Source of the DNA: Clostridiales bacterium
GTDB lineage: Bacteria > Bacillota > Clostridia > Saccharofermentanales > DTU023
Length of the DNA: 64,000 bases
Assembly: GCA_028724525.1 (NCBI GenBank)
Contig: JAQYCV010000028.1
Span: 2,309 to 66,308, forward strand
Direction of reading: 5' to 3'
In this document: piece after piece, positions 9,746 through 17,712 of the stretch
Numbering within the stretch: position 1 is the stretch's first letter
How the letters are laid out: each line of letters opens with the position of its first letter
Notes under the pieces: generated by a model
What the model saw: the letters and a program-made list of their open reading frames with translations, nothing else
What the model was told of the DNA's origin: nothing
Database searches by the model: none
Position numbers and translations under genes: made by a program

Positions 9746-9931
9746 CTAGGCCTCTTTGTCAATGGCTACGACTTCTCTTCCCTTGTAGTAACCACAGTTT
9801 TTGCAGACTACGTGGGGGAGCTTAAGTTCGTGGCATTGAGGGCATTCGGAAAGATTAACCGAGCTAAGCTTTTCCTGGGCGCGAGACATCCGAGATCTGC
9901 GTTTTGACCATTTTCTCTTAGGTACTGCCAT
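9746..9931 (-). CDS. rpmF: 50S ribosomal protein L32 (zinc-ribbon C+ form)
   Basis: MAVPKRKWSKRRSRMSRAQ... followed by CPQC...CKNCG. Confidence 0.95.
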   Translation of the reverse strand: MAVPKRKWSKRRSRMSRAQEKLSSVNLSECPQCHELKLPHVVCKNCGYYKGREVVAIDKEA

Positions 9932-10140
9932 GTTTCTGCCTCCCTTTATCTAAATATGCTTATTGCACTTCGCTAAACAGCGTCTCTCTTTACTAGAGTG
10001 TTACTAAAACAGCGTTAGTGATTATCTCACGGCCATTCCAGCCTGTCAAGGGCCTCAGGGTCGAGCTGACGCATTTGGTTAAAGTGAGACCTATATAAGG
10101 TATACTAAGTTCACATTTGTGAAAGCTATAGGAGTACCCC

Positions 10141-12039
10141 GTGCTAGACTTTGCCAGAATGCATACCCAGGCCTTTAATGATCAATATGCCTACCAGGGG
10201 CCTTTGGGCATGTGCTACAGCCCAGACCATACCACATTTCGTCTGTGGTCACCTACTGCAAGCCGCGTCCAAGTGAGTCTAGGTCAAGGACAAAAGTGGC
10301 TCCTTGACTTGCAGGCCGATAGTCAACATCCTGGACTTTGGTTTTTAGATCTCCAGGGTAATTTTTATTTACATGATTATAACTATCTTCTGACCTTCCC
10401 AGATGGAAGCGTACATGAAACGCCCGACCCCTATGCAGTCGCCGCCAGGGCTAATGGTAAGCCCTCCGTCATTCTTGACCCCCTAGCCATTAGTCCTCCA
10501 GGCTGGTCTGAAGAAGATTGGCCGGCTCCGCTAGACCAGGGCCGGCTAGCAATTTGCGAAATTCACATCCGAGACCTGACCATTGGCCCTGACAACGGTA
10601 TTTTCCACAAGGGCAAGTTTTTAGGCTTGACGGAGCCGGATACCCAGACAGATCAAGGGCACTTGTCTGGTCTGGCTTATTTAAAATCCCTAGGAGTCAG
10701 CCATATTCAGCTTATGCCCTGTTTTGACTTTGCTTCTGTGGACGAGGCTGGCGATCTCAGCTTTAATGCCCAGTACAACTGGGGCTATGATCCAGAAAAC
10801 TATAATGTTGTAGAAGGCTCCTATGCCAGCCAGCCAGATGATCCTTCCTGCCGAATTCTAGAATTTAAGACCCTGGTGCAAACTCTGCACCAAGCAGGCT
10901 TCCAAGTCATCATGGATGTGGTCTACAACCATGTTTACAAGCTCGAGGAGTCCCCCCTCCATTTGACAGTCCCGGGTTACTACTTTCGCGTCCAAGACAA
11001 TGGCGTGTTTTATGACGGTACGGGTTGCGGCAACGAAACTGCATCTGAGCAAATCATGTTCCGCAAGTATATGATTGATTCCCTTTGCTACTGGGCTCAG
11101 ACCTATCATATTGACGGCTTCCGTTTTGACTTGATGGGCATCCATGATGTAGAGACCATGCAGGCTGTACGGCAAGCACTGGAAGCAATCAATCCTCATA
11201 TCCTCCTGCTAGGCGAAGGCTGGCAGATGGGCCACCATCCCTCAGGCGTTTTAGGGGCTAACCAAAGCCAGGCCAAGAAGCTCCCCGGCTTTCGTTTCTT
11301 TAATGACCAAATGCGGGATGCCTTACGGGGATCCAATTTTGGTCACCAGGCCAAAGGCTGGATCAATGGGGACACAAGCTTGGAAAAAACTCAGCAGGTC
11401 TACCACAATATTCTTGGTCAGCCGGACCATGGCTCCTACCTAGACGCCAGCCAATCTGTCATTTATACCGAGTGCCATGACAATGCCACCCTCTATGATA
11501 AGCTGGTCCAGACCTTGCCTGGTATCAGCCAAGAAGAAGCGGTCAAGCGGCAGGCTCTGGCCTTGTCTATCCAATGTTTTTCCTTCGGGACCCTCTTTTT
11601 CCATGCTGGCCAAGAAATGATGCGGACAAAGGGAGGAGACAGCAATAGTTATCAGTCTCCCGACAGCATCAATGCTTTGGACTATGACCGGGCTGGGCAA
11701 TATCCAGCATTAGGCCAGCTCTTCCGCCGCCTTTTAGAAATGCGGAGCGCCATGGGCGTTTTTTCCCTCACGTCCTACCAAGAGATCGCCCAAGCAGTGG
11801 AGCTTTATCGGCTTGAAGAGGGGTGTATTGCCTACAAGCTCAAATATGGAGGACAAGTTTATCTGGTCGCCCAAAATGCCTGCACTAGCCCCTGGCAACT
11901 TGACCTGCCAGCAGGAGAATGGCAGCCCCTCCTCACCCAATGGACTTTGCCGGAAGAGCCAGGCCAAGCCTTCTCCCCTGTTAGGGATCAATTGGCAGTA
12001 GAGGGATTAGAATCTATCCTGGTCCAGCAAATCGCTTGA
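10141..12039 (+). CDS. pulA: Type I pullulanase / debranching enzyme (GH13 with N-terminal CBM48-like region)
   Basis: GH13 regions VIMDVVYNH, DGFRFDLMG, LLGEGW and YTECHDN. GTG start with AGGAG 6 nt upstream. An in-frame ATG at 10159 is an alternative start. Confidence 0.85.
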   Translation: MLDFARMHTQAFNDQYAYQGPLGMCYSPDHTTFRLWSPTASRVQVSLGQGQKWLLDLQADSQHPGLWFLDLQGNFYLHDYNYLLTFPDGSVHETPDPYAVAARANGKPSVILDPLAISPPGWSEEDWPAPLDQGRLAICEIHIRDLTIGPDNGIFHKGKFLGLTEPDTQTDQGHLSGLAYLKSLGVSHIQLMPCFDFASVDEAGDLSFNAQYNWGYDPENYNVVEGSYASQPDDPSCRILEFKTLVQTLHQAGFQVIMDVVYNHVYKLEESPLHLTVPGYYFRVQDNGVFYDGTGCGNETASEQIMFRKYMIDSLCYWAQTYHIDGFRFDLMGIHDVETMQAVRQALEAINPHILLLGEGWQMGHHPSGVLGANQSQAKKLPGFRFFNDQMRDALRGSNFGHQAKGWINGDTSLEKTQQVYHNILGQPDHGSYLDASQSVIYTECHDNATLYDKLVQTLPGISQEEAVKRQALALSIQCFSFGTLFFHAGQEMMRTKGGDSNSYQSPDSINALDYDRAGQYPALGQLFRRLLEMRSAMGVFSLTSYQEIAQAVELYRLEEGCIAYKLKYGGQVYLVAQNACTSPWQLDLPAGEWQPLLTQWTLPEEPGQAFSPVRDQLAVEGLESILVQQIA

Positions 12040-12104
12040 GGCCTAGCTTATGTTAAAATGAGCCCCAGACAAGTTCATTTTGAGGCAAGGGAGTAAGAGC
12101 AAAG

Positions 12105-13238
12105 ATGAAAACCGTGAGCAGCCAGGCTAAACAGCGGCGCACTCTGAGGAAATATTTCTTATCTTTTACGGCCCTGCTTGTCATCTTGTATGGCACTTTT
12201 CGACTCATTCTCAAGGACACTTCCCTGGAAGAGATCAGAGCCTCACTCCGGGGTGCAGATCTCGCTTGGGTAGGTTTGGGTTTTGCCCTTATGATCAGCT
12301 ATCAGCTTATCTGGGCAGAAATTATCCGATCTCTTCTCTATCACTTAAATGCTGGCCGCGCCCCCTTCCGTATAGCAGTTAATACGGCCTTTACAGGCTT
12401 CTATTTCAACAACATCACCCCTTCTTCCTCCGGCGGCCAACCCATGCAAATGCTCTACCTGCATCGCTGCGGCATCGACTTAGCGGGATCCAGCATTATT
12501 TTTCTGTCCAATACTATTTTTAATAACCTTGTCATGATCAGCTATGCCACGGTCCTTCTGATTGTTCAGCATGATTTCATCACGCAGAACCTCTATGCCA
12601 TGCGCTATGCCCTGATCGTAGGTTATATATTTAATGGTTTTCTGCTTTTTTTGAATATATTTCTTCTCTTTTTTCCCAAACAGCTCCGGGCCTTATCCTA
12701 CAAGATCCTGGCTTGGGTGACCCGGGGGAAGTTAAAGCCCAAGGCTAAGAAGCTCCAGCGCAGCCTCGATAAGTTTTTAGGCTCTTACAGCGCGGGCGCC
12801 TTTTCCCTCTTAAAAGCACCTGGCTTGTTGCTTAAACTTTTCCTTCTTCATGTGATACAGTTCGCACTTTATAACCTTATTCCTTATACGGCAGCGAGGG
12901 CTCTGGGAGCTTCTCCCGACATCTTAATCCAATCATTTTCCCTGCAGGCCGTCCTCACTCTAGCTGTGTCTGGCTTTCCTACACCTGGCGCCGTGGGCAT
13001 CACCGAAGGGGGATTTGTAGCCATGTTCTCAGGGCTCTTCCCTCCTGGCAAGGTTGAGTCAACCATGATTTTGACCCGGGTGATTAATTTCTATGCCTTC
13101 CTCTTGCTTTCAGCCCTGATCACGATTTTTGCCTTTGCCACTGCCCGGCAGGACCACGCGCGCATGCAAAAGCTCCACCATATTAATTTAATAGAGTCAG
13201 CGCCAAATGAATCCGGGACAGAAATAGATAAGCTATAG
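12105..13238 (+). CDS. Flippase-like membrane protein (lysylphosphatidylglycerol-synthase TM-region / UPF0104 family)
   Basis: 377 aa with ~8 TM helices and no soluble domain. The NNITPSSSGGQPMQ and TPGAVGITEGG loops are typical of the LPG_synthase_TM family. Confidence 0.6.
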   Translation: MKTVSSQAKQRRTLRKYFLSFTALLVILYGTFRLILKDTSLEEIRASLRGADLAWVGLGFALMISYQLIWAEIIRSLLYHLNAGRAPFRIAVNTAFTGFYFNNITPSSSGGQPMQMLYLHRCGIDLAGSSIIFLSNTIFNNLVMISYATVLLIVQHDFITQNLYAMRYALIVGYIFNGFLLFLNIFLLFFPKQLRALSYKILAWVTRGKLKPKAKKLQRSLDKFLGSYSAGAFSLLKAPGLLLKLFLLHVIQFALYNLIPYTAARALGASPDILIQSFSLQAVLTLAVSGFPTPGAVGITEGGFVAMFSGLFPPGKVESTMILTRVINFYAFLLLSALITIFAFATARQDHARMQKLHHINLIESAPNESGTEIDKL

Positions 13239-13334
13239 CGAAAAGTAAATTCCACAGCAAAGGGAGCAAAGCGGAATTTAGTCTTACACTCTGCAAAGTT
13301 TTTGAGCCCACTGAGGGCCTGTCCATGTGCCTCC

Positions 13335-13656
13335 AAATTTGCAAGTAGTGGGTTGCCAGAGGGCTATGCTACTTTGGATTTCCGGATTCTCCGGCATTAT
13401 TGCAACTAATGGATGGGTCCCCCAGGCAAATTTGCAAGAAGTGGATGGTAATGATAGCAAATCTGCAGCTAATGGGTGCTTTGCCCGCTGGAACCCACCC
13501 ATTACTTGCAAATTTGTCTGAATTCCAAGAAATCCGAAATAGAAAGGCCTAGCCTAAAGGGTCTGAAGAAGATTGGTTAGGCCGCCAGGCGGTAGAAAGG
13601 TCGAGATACTTTCAACATTCCGGATTTTCTTACAAGTTTGCAAGTATTCTACCGCC
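13335..13656. repeat. Cluster of TTGCAA-cored ~20-45-nt repeats in both orientations in a non-coding gap
   Basis: Copies lie at 13335-13357, 13399-13419, 13428-13450, 13462-13479 and 13632-13656 (+) and at 13493-13515 (inverted), with a weaker copy at 13797-13810. Three copies carry an upstream TTYCGGATTYT box. Core spacings of 32 and 31 nt are not multiples of three. Confidence 0.7.
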
Positions 13657-13830
13657 CCTCTTACTTGTTTCCCTCCCAGCATGTATAAACCTCGACGCGA
13701 AATATGTATATGTGTATAAAATCCAGGTTTTAAGGGCTATCTAGCAGGAATAAGCCCATGAACCTAGCTTTAAAGAGATTTCAATGTACAAAAGCTGCAA
13801 ACTTGCAAGAAAAAATGAAGTCATAAAATT

Positions 13831-13859
13831 AAGAGGTGCCTCGATATGAGACACCTCTT
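13831..13859 (-). terminator. Intrinsic terminator downstream of proS
   Basis: AAGAGGTG-N13-CACCTCTT stem. On the minus strand it is followed by AATTTTATGACTTCATTTTTT. Confidence 0.6.
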
Positions 13860-13942
13860 GCGAGCTAACATGCTTTGATTAAGAATACGAGGGATTTATC
13901 TGTCCGGTGAGGCTGTTCCAACTCGAACAGATGAGGCGAGGT

Positions 13943-15379
13943 CTAATAGGCTTTACCCCAGTAGACCAGGTGTTTAGCGGGCTTGCCGCAGATAGCGCAG
14001 ACTGCGCCTTCTTCCAACTCCTGGTCAATAATGCAGCGCGACGTGGCTTGGAGGTCTGCCTTGACCTTTTCTTCACAGGCAGGATCACCGCACCAGTGGG
14101 CTTTCACAAAGCCAGGCTTGGTCTGGAGGATATCGGCGAGTTCCGCCCATGTTTTAGCCTCATAGATGCGGTCATGCATGGACTGCTCAGCCCGAGCTAG
14201 CATATCCCCATGCATCTGGTCCAGGATCTCTTGCAGTTTGTCTTCCAGGCCTTCCAGGGGCAGGAAGTATTTTTCCCGGTTATCTCTCCGCACTGCGACG
14301 ACCTGGCCTTTTTCAATATCCTTGGGGCCATATTCCAAGCGTAGGGGTACACCCTTCATCTCATATTCGGAGAACTTCCAGCCGGGCATGCGGTCAGAGA
14401 AGTCAGATGTCATGCGGAAACGACCTTCCAGACGGGCTAAAAGTTGCTCGTTAGCTTCTTTTACCCCCTCCTTTTGCAAGGCAATAGGAATGAGGACGAT
14501 TTGGTGAGGTGCTACGCGCGGAGGCAGGACCAGGCCATCATCATCGCCATGGACCATAATCAGGCCACCGATAGACCGGGTGGAAACACCCCAAGAGGTC
14601 TGGTAGACATACTGGAGTTCATTATTTTCGTCCGCATATTGGATACCAAAGGCCTTGGCGAAACCGTTGCCAAAGTAGTGGGTTGTGCCCGCCTGCAAGG
14701 CTTTGCCATCGTGCATCATGGCCTCTACCGTATAGGTCTGTTCGGCTCCAGCAAATTTTTCTTTGTCCGTCTTGAGGCCGGAGATGACAGGAATTGCTAA
14801 GCAATCTCTATAGAAGTCAATATAGACCTGGAGCATGCGGAGGGTTTCTTCCAGGGCCTCTTCTGCAGTGGCATGGGCCGTATGGCCTTCCTGCCAGTAA
14901 AACTCTGAGGTTCGCAGGAAGGGCCGGGTCGTCTTCTCCCAGCGCACGACAGATACCCATTGGTTATAGAGTTTAGGGAGGTCTCGCCAGGACTGAATGA
15001 TATCCGCATAGTGATCGCAGAATAAAGCTTCAGAGGTAGGGCGGATGCAGAGGCGTTCTTGCAATTTATTATTGCCGCCTTCGGTCACCCAGGCCACTTC
15101 GGGTGCAAAGCCCTCGACATGGTCTTTTTCTTTCTCCAGAAGAGATTCTGGGATCAGCATGGGCATGGCAACATTTTGATGGCCTGTGGCTTTAAAGCGC
15201 CGATCCAGGTCGTGCTGGATATTTTCCCAAATGGCATAGCCATAAGGCCGGAGGATCATGCAACCCCGAACATGGGAGTAGGAGGTGAGCTCAGCCTTTT
15301 TGACTACATCTGTATACCATTGGGCAAAGTCTTCGTCCCTTGGAGTAATTTCTTTAACTAATTTTTCGTCTTTAGCCAT
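13943..15379 (-). CDS. proS: Prolyl-tRNA synthetase, archaeal/eukaryote-like type (no INS editing domain, C-terminal Zn-binding domain)
   Basis: 478 aa with class II motifs and a C-terminal CGDPACEEK...[18 protein letters not shown]. The length and absence of the large insertion domain distinguish it from the ~570-aa bacterial type. Confidence 0.9.
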   Translation of the reverse strand: MAKDEKLVKEITPRDEDFAQWYTDVVKKAELTSYSHVRGCMILRPYGYAIWENIQHDLDRRFKATGHQNVAMPMLIPESLLEKEKDHVEGFAPEVAWVTEGGNNKLQERLCIRPTSEALFCDHYADIIQSWRDLPKLYNQWVSVVRWEKTTRPFLRTSEFYWQEGHTAHATAEEALEETLRMLQVYIDFYRDCLAIPVISGLKTDKEKFAGAEQTYTVEAMMHDGKALQAGTTHYFGNGFAKAFGIQYADENNELQYVYQTSWGVSTRSIGGLIMVHGDDDGLVLPPRVAPHQIVLIPIALQKEGVKEANEQLLARLEGRFRMTSDFSDRMPGWKFSEYEMKGVPLRLEYGPKDIEKGQVVAVRRDNREKYFLPLEGLEDKLQEILDQMHGDMLARAEQSMHDRIYEAKTWAELADILQTKPGFVKAHWCGDPACEEKVKADLQATSRCIIDQELEEGAVCAICGKPAKHLVYWGKAY

Positions 15380-15394
15380 AATGAACTTGAGTTT

Positions 15395-16597
15395 CTAGAG
15401 AGACTTGACGATTGCTTCAGTGTCTCTGGCAATCATTAGTTCTTCATTGGTGGGGATAACCACTACAGTAACCTTAGAGTCATCAGCAGAAATAATGGCT
15501 TCCTTACCACGTAAACCATCATTCTTAGCAGGATCAATTTTGATGCCAAAGGCTTCCAAGCCGGAACAAATGGAGGCCCGGGTCTTGCTGTCGTTTTCGC
15601 CAATGCCGGCAGTGAAAACTAAGACATCTACTCCGCCCAAGGCGAAGACGTAGGAGCCTAAAATCTTCTTGCACTGATAGCTAAACATATCCAAGGCCAG
15701 CTGGGCGCGGGCATTGCCAGCATTGGCGGCCTCTTCCAGGTCACGGAAGTCGGAAGAGACACCCGAAATACCCAGAACACCAGACTCCTTGTTCATCAAG
15801 TGGTCCATTTCTTGAGGGTTAAGCTTTTCCCGATCCATGATATTCACCACAATGGCAGGATCAATAGAACCGCAACGTGTGCCCATAAGAGGGCCTTCCA
15901 GAGGGGTTAGTCCCATAGAGGTGTCCTGGCACTTGCCATCCTTGACAGCAGAAATAGAGGAGCCATTGCCCAGATGCAGGGTGATCATGCGCAAGCCCTT
16001 CTGGTCTTTGCCCAAGAACTCGGCTGCTCTTTGGCTGACATAGTGGTGGGAGGTCCCATGGGCCCCATAGCGCCGGATGTGCTGGTCTTCATAATAGCGG
16101 TAAGGCAGGCCGTACATGTAAGCCTGGGGAGGCATACTTTGGTGGAAGCTAGTGTCAAAAGCGGCAACCATAGGGATATCAGGCATGATTTCCTGGCAAG
16201 CTTCTACACCCATGAGGTTGGCTGGGTTATGCAAGGGAGCAAAGCTAAAGCACTTGCGGATAGTCTCTTTGACATCATCATCAATCAAGACGGACTGGGT
16301 GTAGTAGTCAGCGCAGTTTAGGATGCGGTGGCCCACGGCATCAATTTCCTTCATGGATTTAATTACACCGTGTTCAGGAGATACGAGCGCATCTAAGACA
16401 AGCTGGACCGCGGTCTGGTGGGTAGGCATGGGGGTTTCTACCAAGTATTTGTCTTTACCCGCCGGTTCATGCTTGAGGCGGGAGCCATCAATGCCAATTC
16501 TTTCACAGAGGCCTTTGGCCAGGACATGGCCGTCTTGGGTATTGAGGAGTTGGTACTTGAGCGAGGAAGACCCGGCGTTAATTACTAATACGATCAT
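15395..16597 (-). CDS. ackA: Acetate kinase
   Basis: MIVLVINAGSSSLKYQL start motif. I prefer ATG 16597 (AAAGGA 7 nt upstream) over the TTG-extended ORF-track start at 16612. Confidence 0.95.
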   Translation of the reverse strand: MIVLVINAGSSSLKYQLLNTQDGHVLAKGLCERIGIDGSRLKHEPAGKDKYLVETPMPTHQTAVQLVLDALVSPEHGVIKSMKEIDAVGHRILNCADYYTQSVLIDDDVKETIRKCFSFAPLHNPANLMGVEACQEIMPDIPMVAAFDTSFHQSMPPQAYMYGLPYRYYEDQHIRRYGAHGTSHHYVSQRAAEFLGKDQKGLRMITLHLGNGSSISAVKDGKCQDTSMGLTPLEGPLMGTRCGSIDPAIVVNIMDREKLNPQEMDHLMNKESGVLGISGVSSDFRDLEEAANAGNARAQLALDMFSYQCKKILGSYVFALGGVDVLVFTAGIGENDSKTRASICSGLEAFGIKIDPAKNDGLRGKEAIISADDSKVTVVVIPTNEELMIARDTEAIVKSL

Positions 16598-16621
16598 CTT
16601 GTATCCTTTCAATCTTGCAAA

Positions 16622-17623
16622 TTATTTGCTTTTACCGCCGGCAGCTTGCACGGCAGTCAGGGCAACTACACCAATAATATCTTCGGTTGAGCAACCACGG
16701 GAGAGGTCATTAACAGGCTTGGAAATACCCTGGAGGAGGGGGCCGTAGGCCTTGGCGCCGCCTAGGTATTGGACTAACTTGTAGCCAATATTGCCGGCAT
16801 TGAGGTCGGGGAAGACGAGGACATTGGCTTGACCCGCAATTTTATTGCCGGGAGCCTTGCGCTCAGAGGTGGCCGGTACGAGGGCGGTGTCCACTTGGGC
16901 CTCCCCGTCCAGTCTGAGTTCAGGAGCCTTTTCTTTAGCCAGTCTTGTCGCTTCTATCACTTTTTCGGTGAGGTCAGAATGGGCAGACCCAAAAGAGGAG
17001 TAAGACAGCATAGCCACCACTGGATCTTGGCCGGTAAAGAAGCGGAAAGATTCCGCAGAGGCCAGGGCAATTTCGGAGAGCTGGTCTGCATTGGGATTCT
17101 CATTTAAGGCACAGTCCGCAAAAACAAAGATCCCGTCAGAGCCCAAGTCTTTGAACTGGGTATCCATGACAAAGAAAGCAGAAACGAGTTTCGTGCCAGC
17201 CTTGGTTTTAAGGATTTGCAGGGCAGGCCTCAAAGTATCGGCAGTAGAGTGGGCCGCGCCAGAAACCAGGCCATCTGCCTGATCATTTTTCATGAGCATC
17301 ATGCCAAAAGCAGTTTTATCTCTTACGGTGGCCTGGGCTTTTTCCAGGTCTACCCCCTTATGCTTGCGCAATTCATAATACTGCTGGGCATATTCGTCCA
17401 AAGATGGATAATCGGCAGGGTTGATAAACTCTATACCAGTGTAGTCTAAGTCTGGGCATATGGCCTCGGACTCTGCCTGGGTGCCAATCAGAATAATCTT
17501 CGCCAGCTTTTCCTTAGTGACAGCCACGGCAGCCTTTAACACGCGCGGGTCTTCATTTTCTACTAAGATCACAGTCTGCTGAAGGGCTTTAGCCTGTGCC
17601 TTAACCTTGTCAATGAAAGTCAT
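16622..17623 (-). CDS. pta: Phosphate acetyltransferase
   Basis: 333 aa in the PTA_PTB family (SGAAHSTADTLRPALQI, DCALNENP), immediately upstream of ackA. Confidence 0.95.
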   Translation of the reverse strand: MTFIDKVKAQAKALQQTVILVENEDPRVLKAAVAVTKEKLAKIILIGTQAESEAICPDLDYTGIEFINPADYPSLDEYAQQYYELRKHKGVDLEKAQATVRDKTAFGMMLMKNDQADGLVSGAAHSTADTLRPALQILKTKAGTKLVSAFFVMDTQFKDLGSDGIFVFADCALNENPNADQLSEIALASAESFRFFTGQDPVVAMLSYSSFGSAHSDLTEKVIEATRLAKEKAPELRLDGEAQVDTALVPATSERKAPGNKIAGQANVLVFPDLNAGNIGYKLVQYLGGAKAYGPLLQGISKPVNDLSRGCSTEDIIGVVALTAVQAAGGKSK

Positions 17624-17659
17624 AGTCTTCCTCCCATAATAATAAAAATAACCTCAGCC

Positions 17660-17688
17660 AGTATAGATGATTTGAGGCAGGGCTTCAA
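17660..17688 (-). promoter_or_regulatory. Candidate sigma-A promoter for pta-ackA-proS
   Basis: Minus strand reads TTGAAG-17 nt-TATACT, about 35 nt upstream of the pta RBS GGGAGGAAG. Confidence 0.45.
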
Positions 17689-17712
17689 CGGCAATAAGAC
17701 GGCAAAGTCGGC

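Noticed and set aside
10108-10135. A possible CcpA cre site or LacI-type operator (TGTGAAAGCTATAGGA) in front of the pullulanase gene.
   Set aside because: It fails the central CG and the dyad symmetry of the cre consensus (TGWAANCGNTNWCA). It overlaps the RBS only by chance similarity.
13284-13521. Two ~64-75-aa ORFs (13327-13521 +, 13284-13511 -) in the large intergenic gap.
   Set aside because: They are built from the TTGCAA repeat units, whose 31-32-nt spacing shifts the frame between copies. They have no RBS, and they overlap each other on opposite strands. A repeat or RNA explanation is preferred.
13783-13848. A tiny ORF, MYKSCKLARKNEVIKLRGASI, just upstream of the proS terminator (a possible type I toxin or leader peptide).
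   Set aside because: It has no Shine-Dalgarno sequence and no hydrophobic toxin-like segment, and it runs into the terminator stem of the opposite-strand gene.
16598-16612. N-terminal extensions in the ORF track that start at TTG/GTG or upstream ATG codons. Affected genes are ackA (16612), prkC (26476), def (32067), ispG (40153), rseP (41519), the binding protein (48637), the ABC ATPase (51277) and ispH-rpsA (58301).
   Set aside because: In each case an internal ATG has a well-spaced purine-rich RBS, matches the conserved family N-terminus (or the signal peptide), and removes implausible overlaps with the upstream gene.
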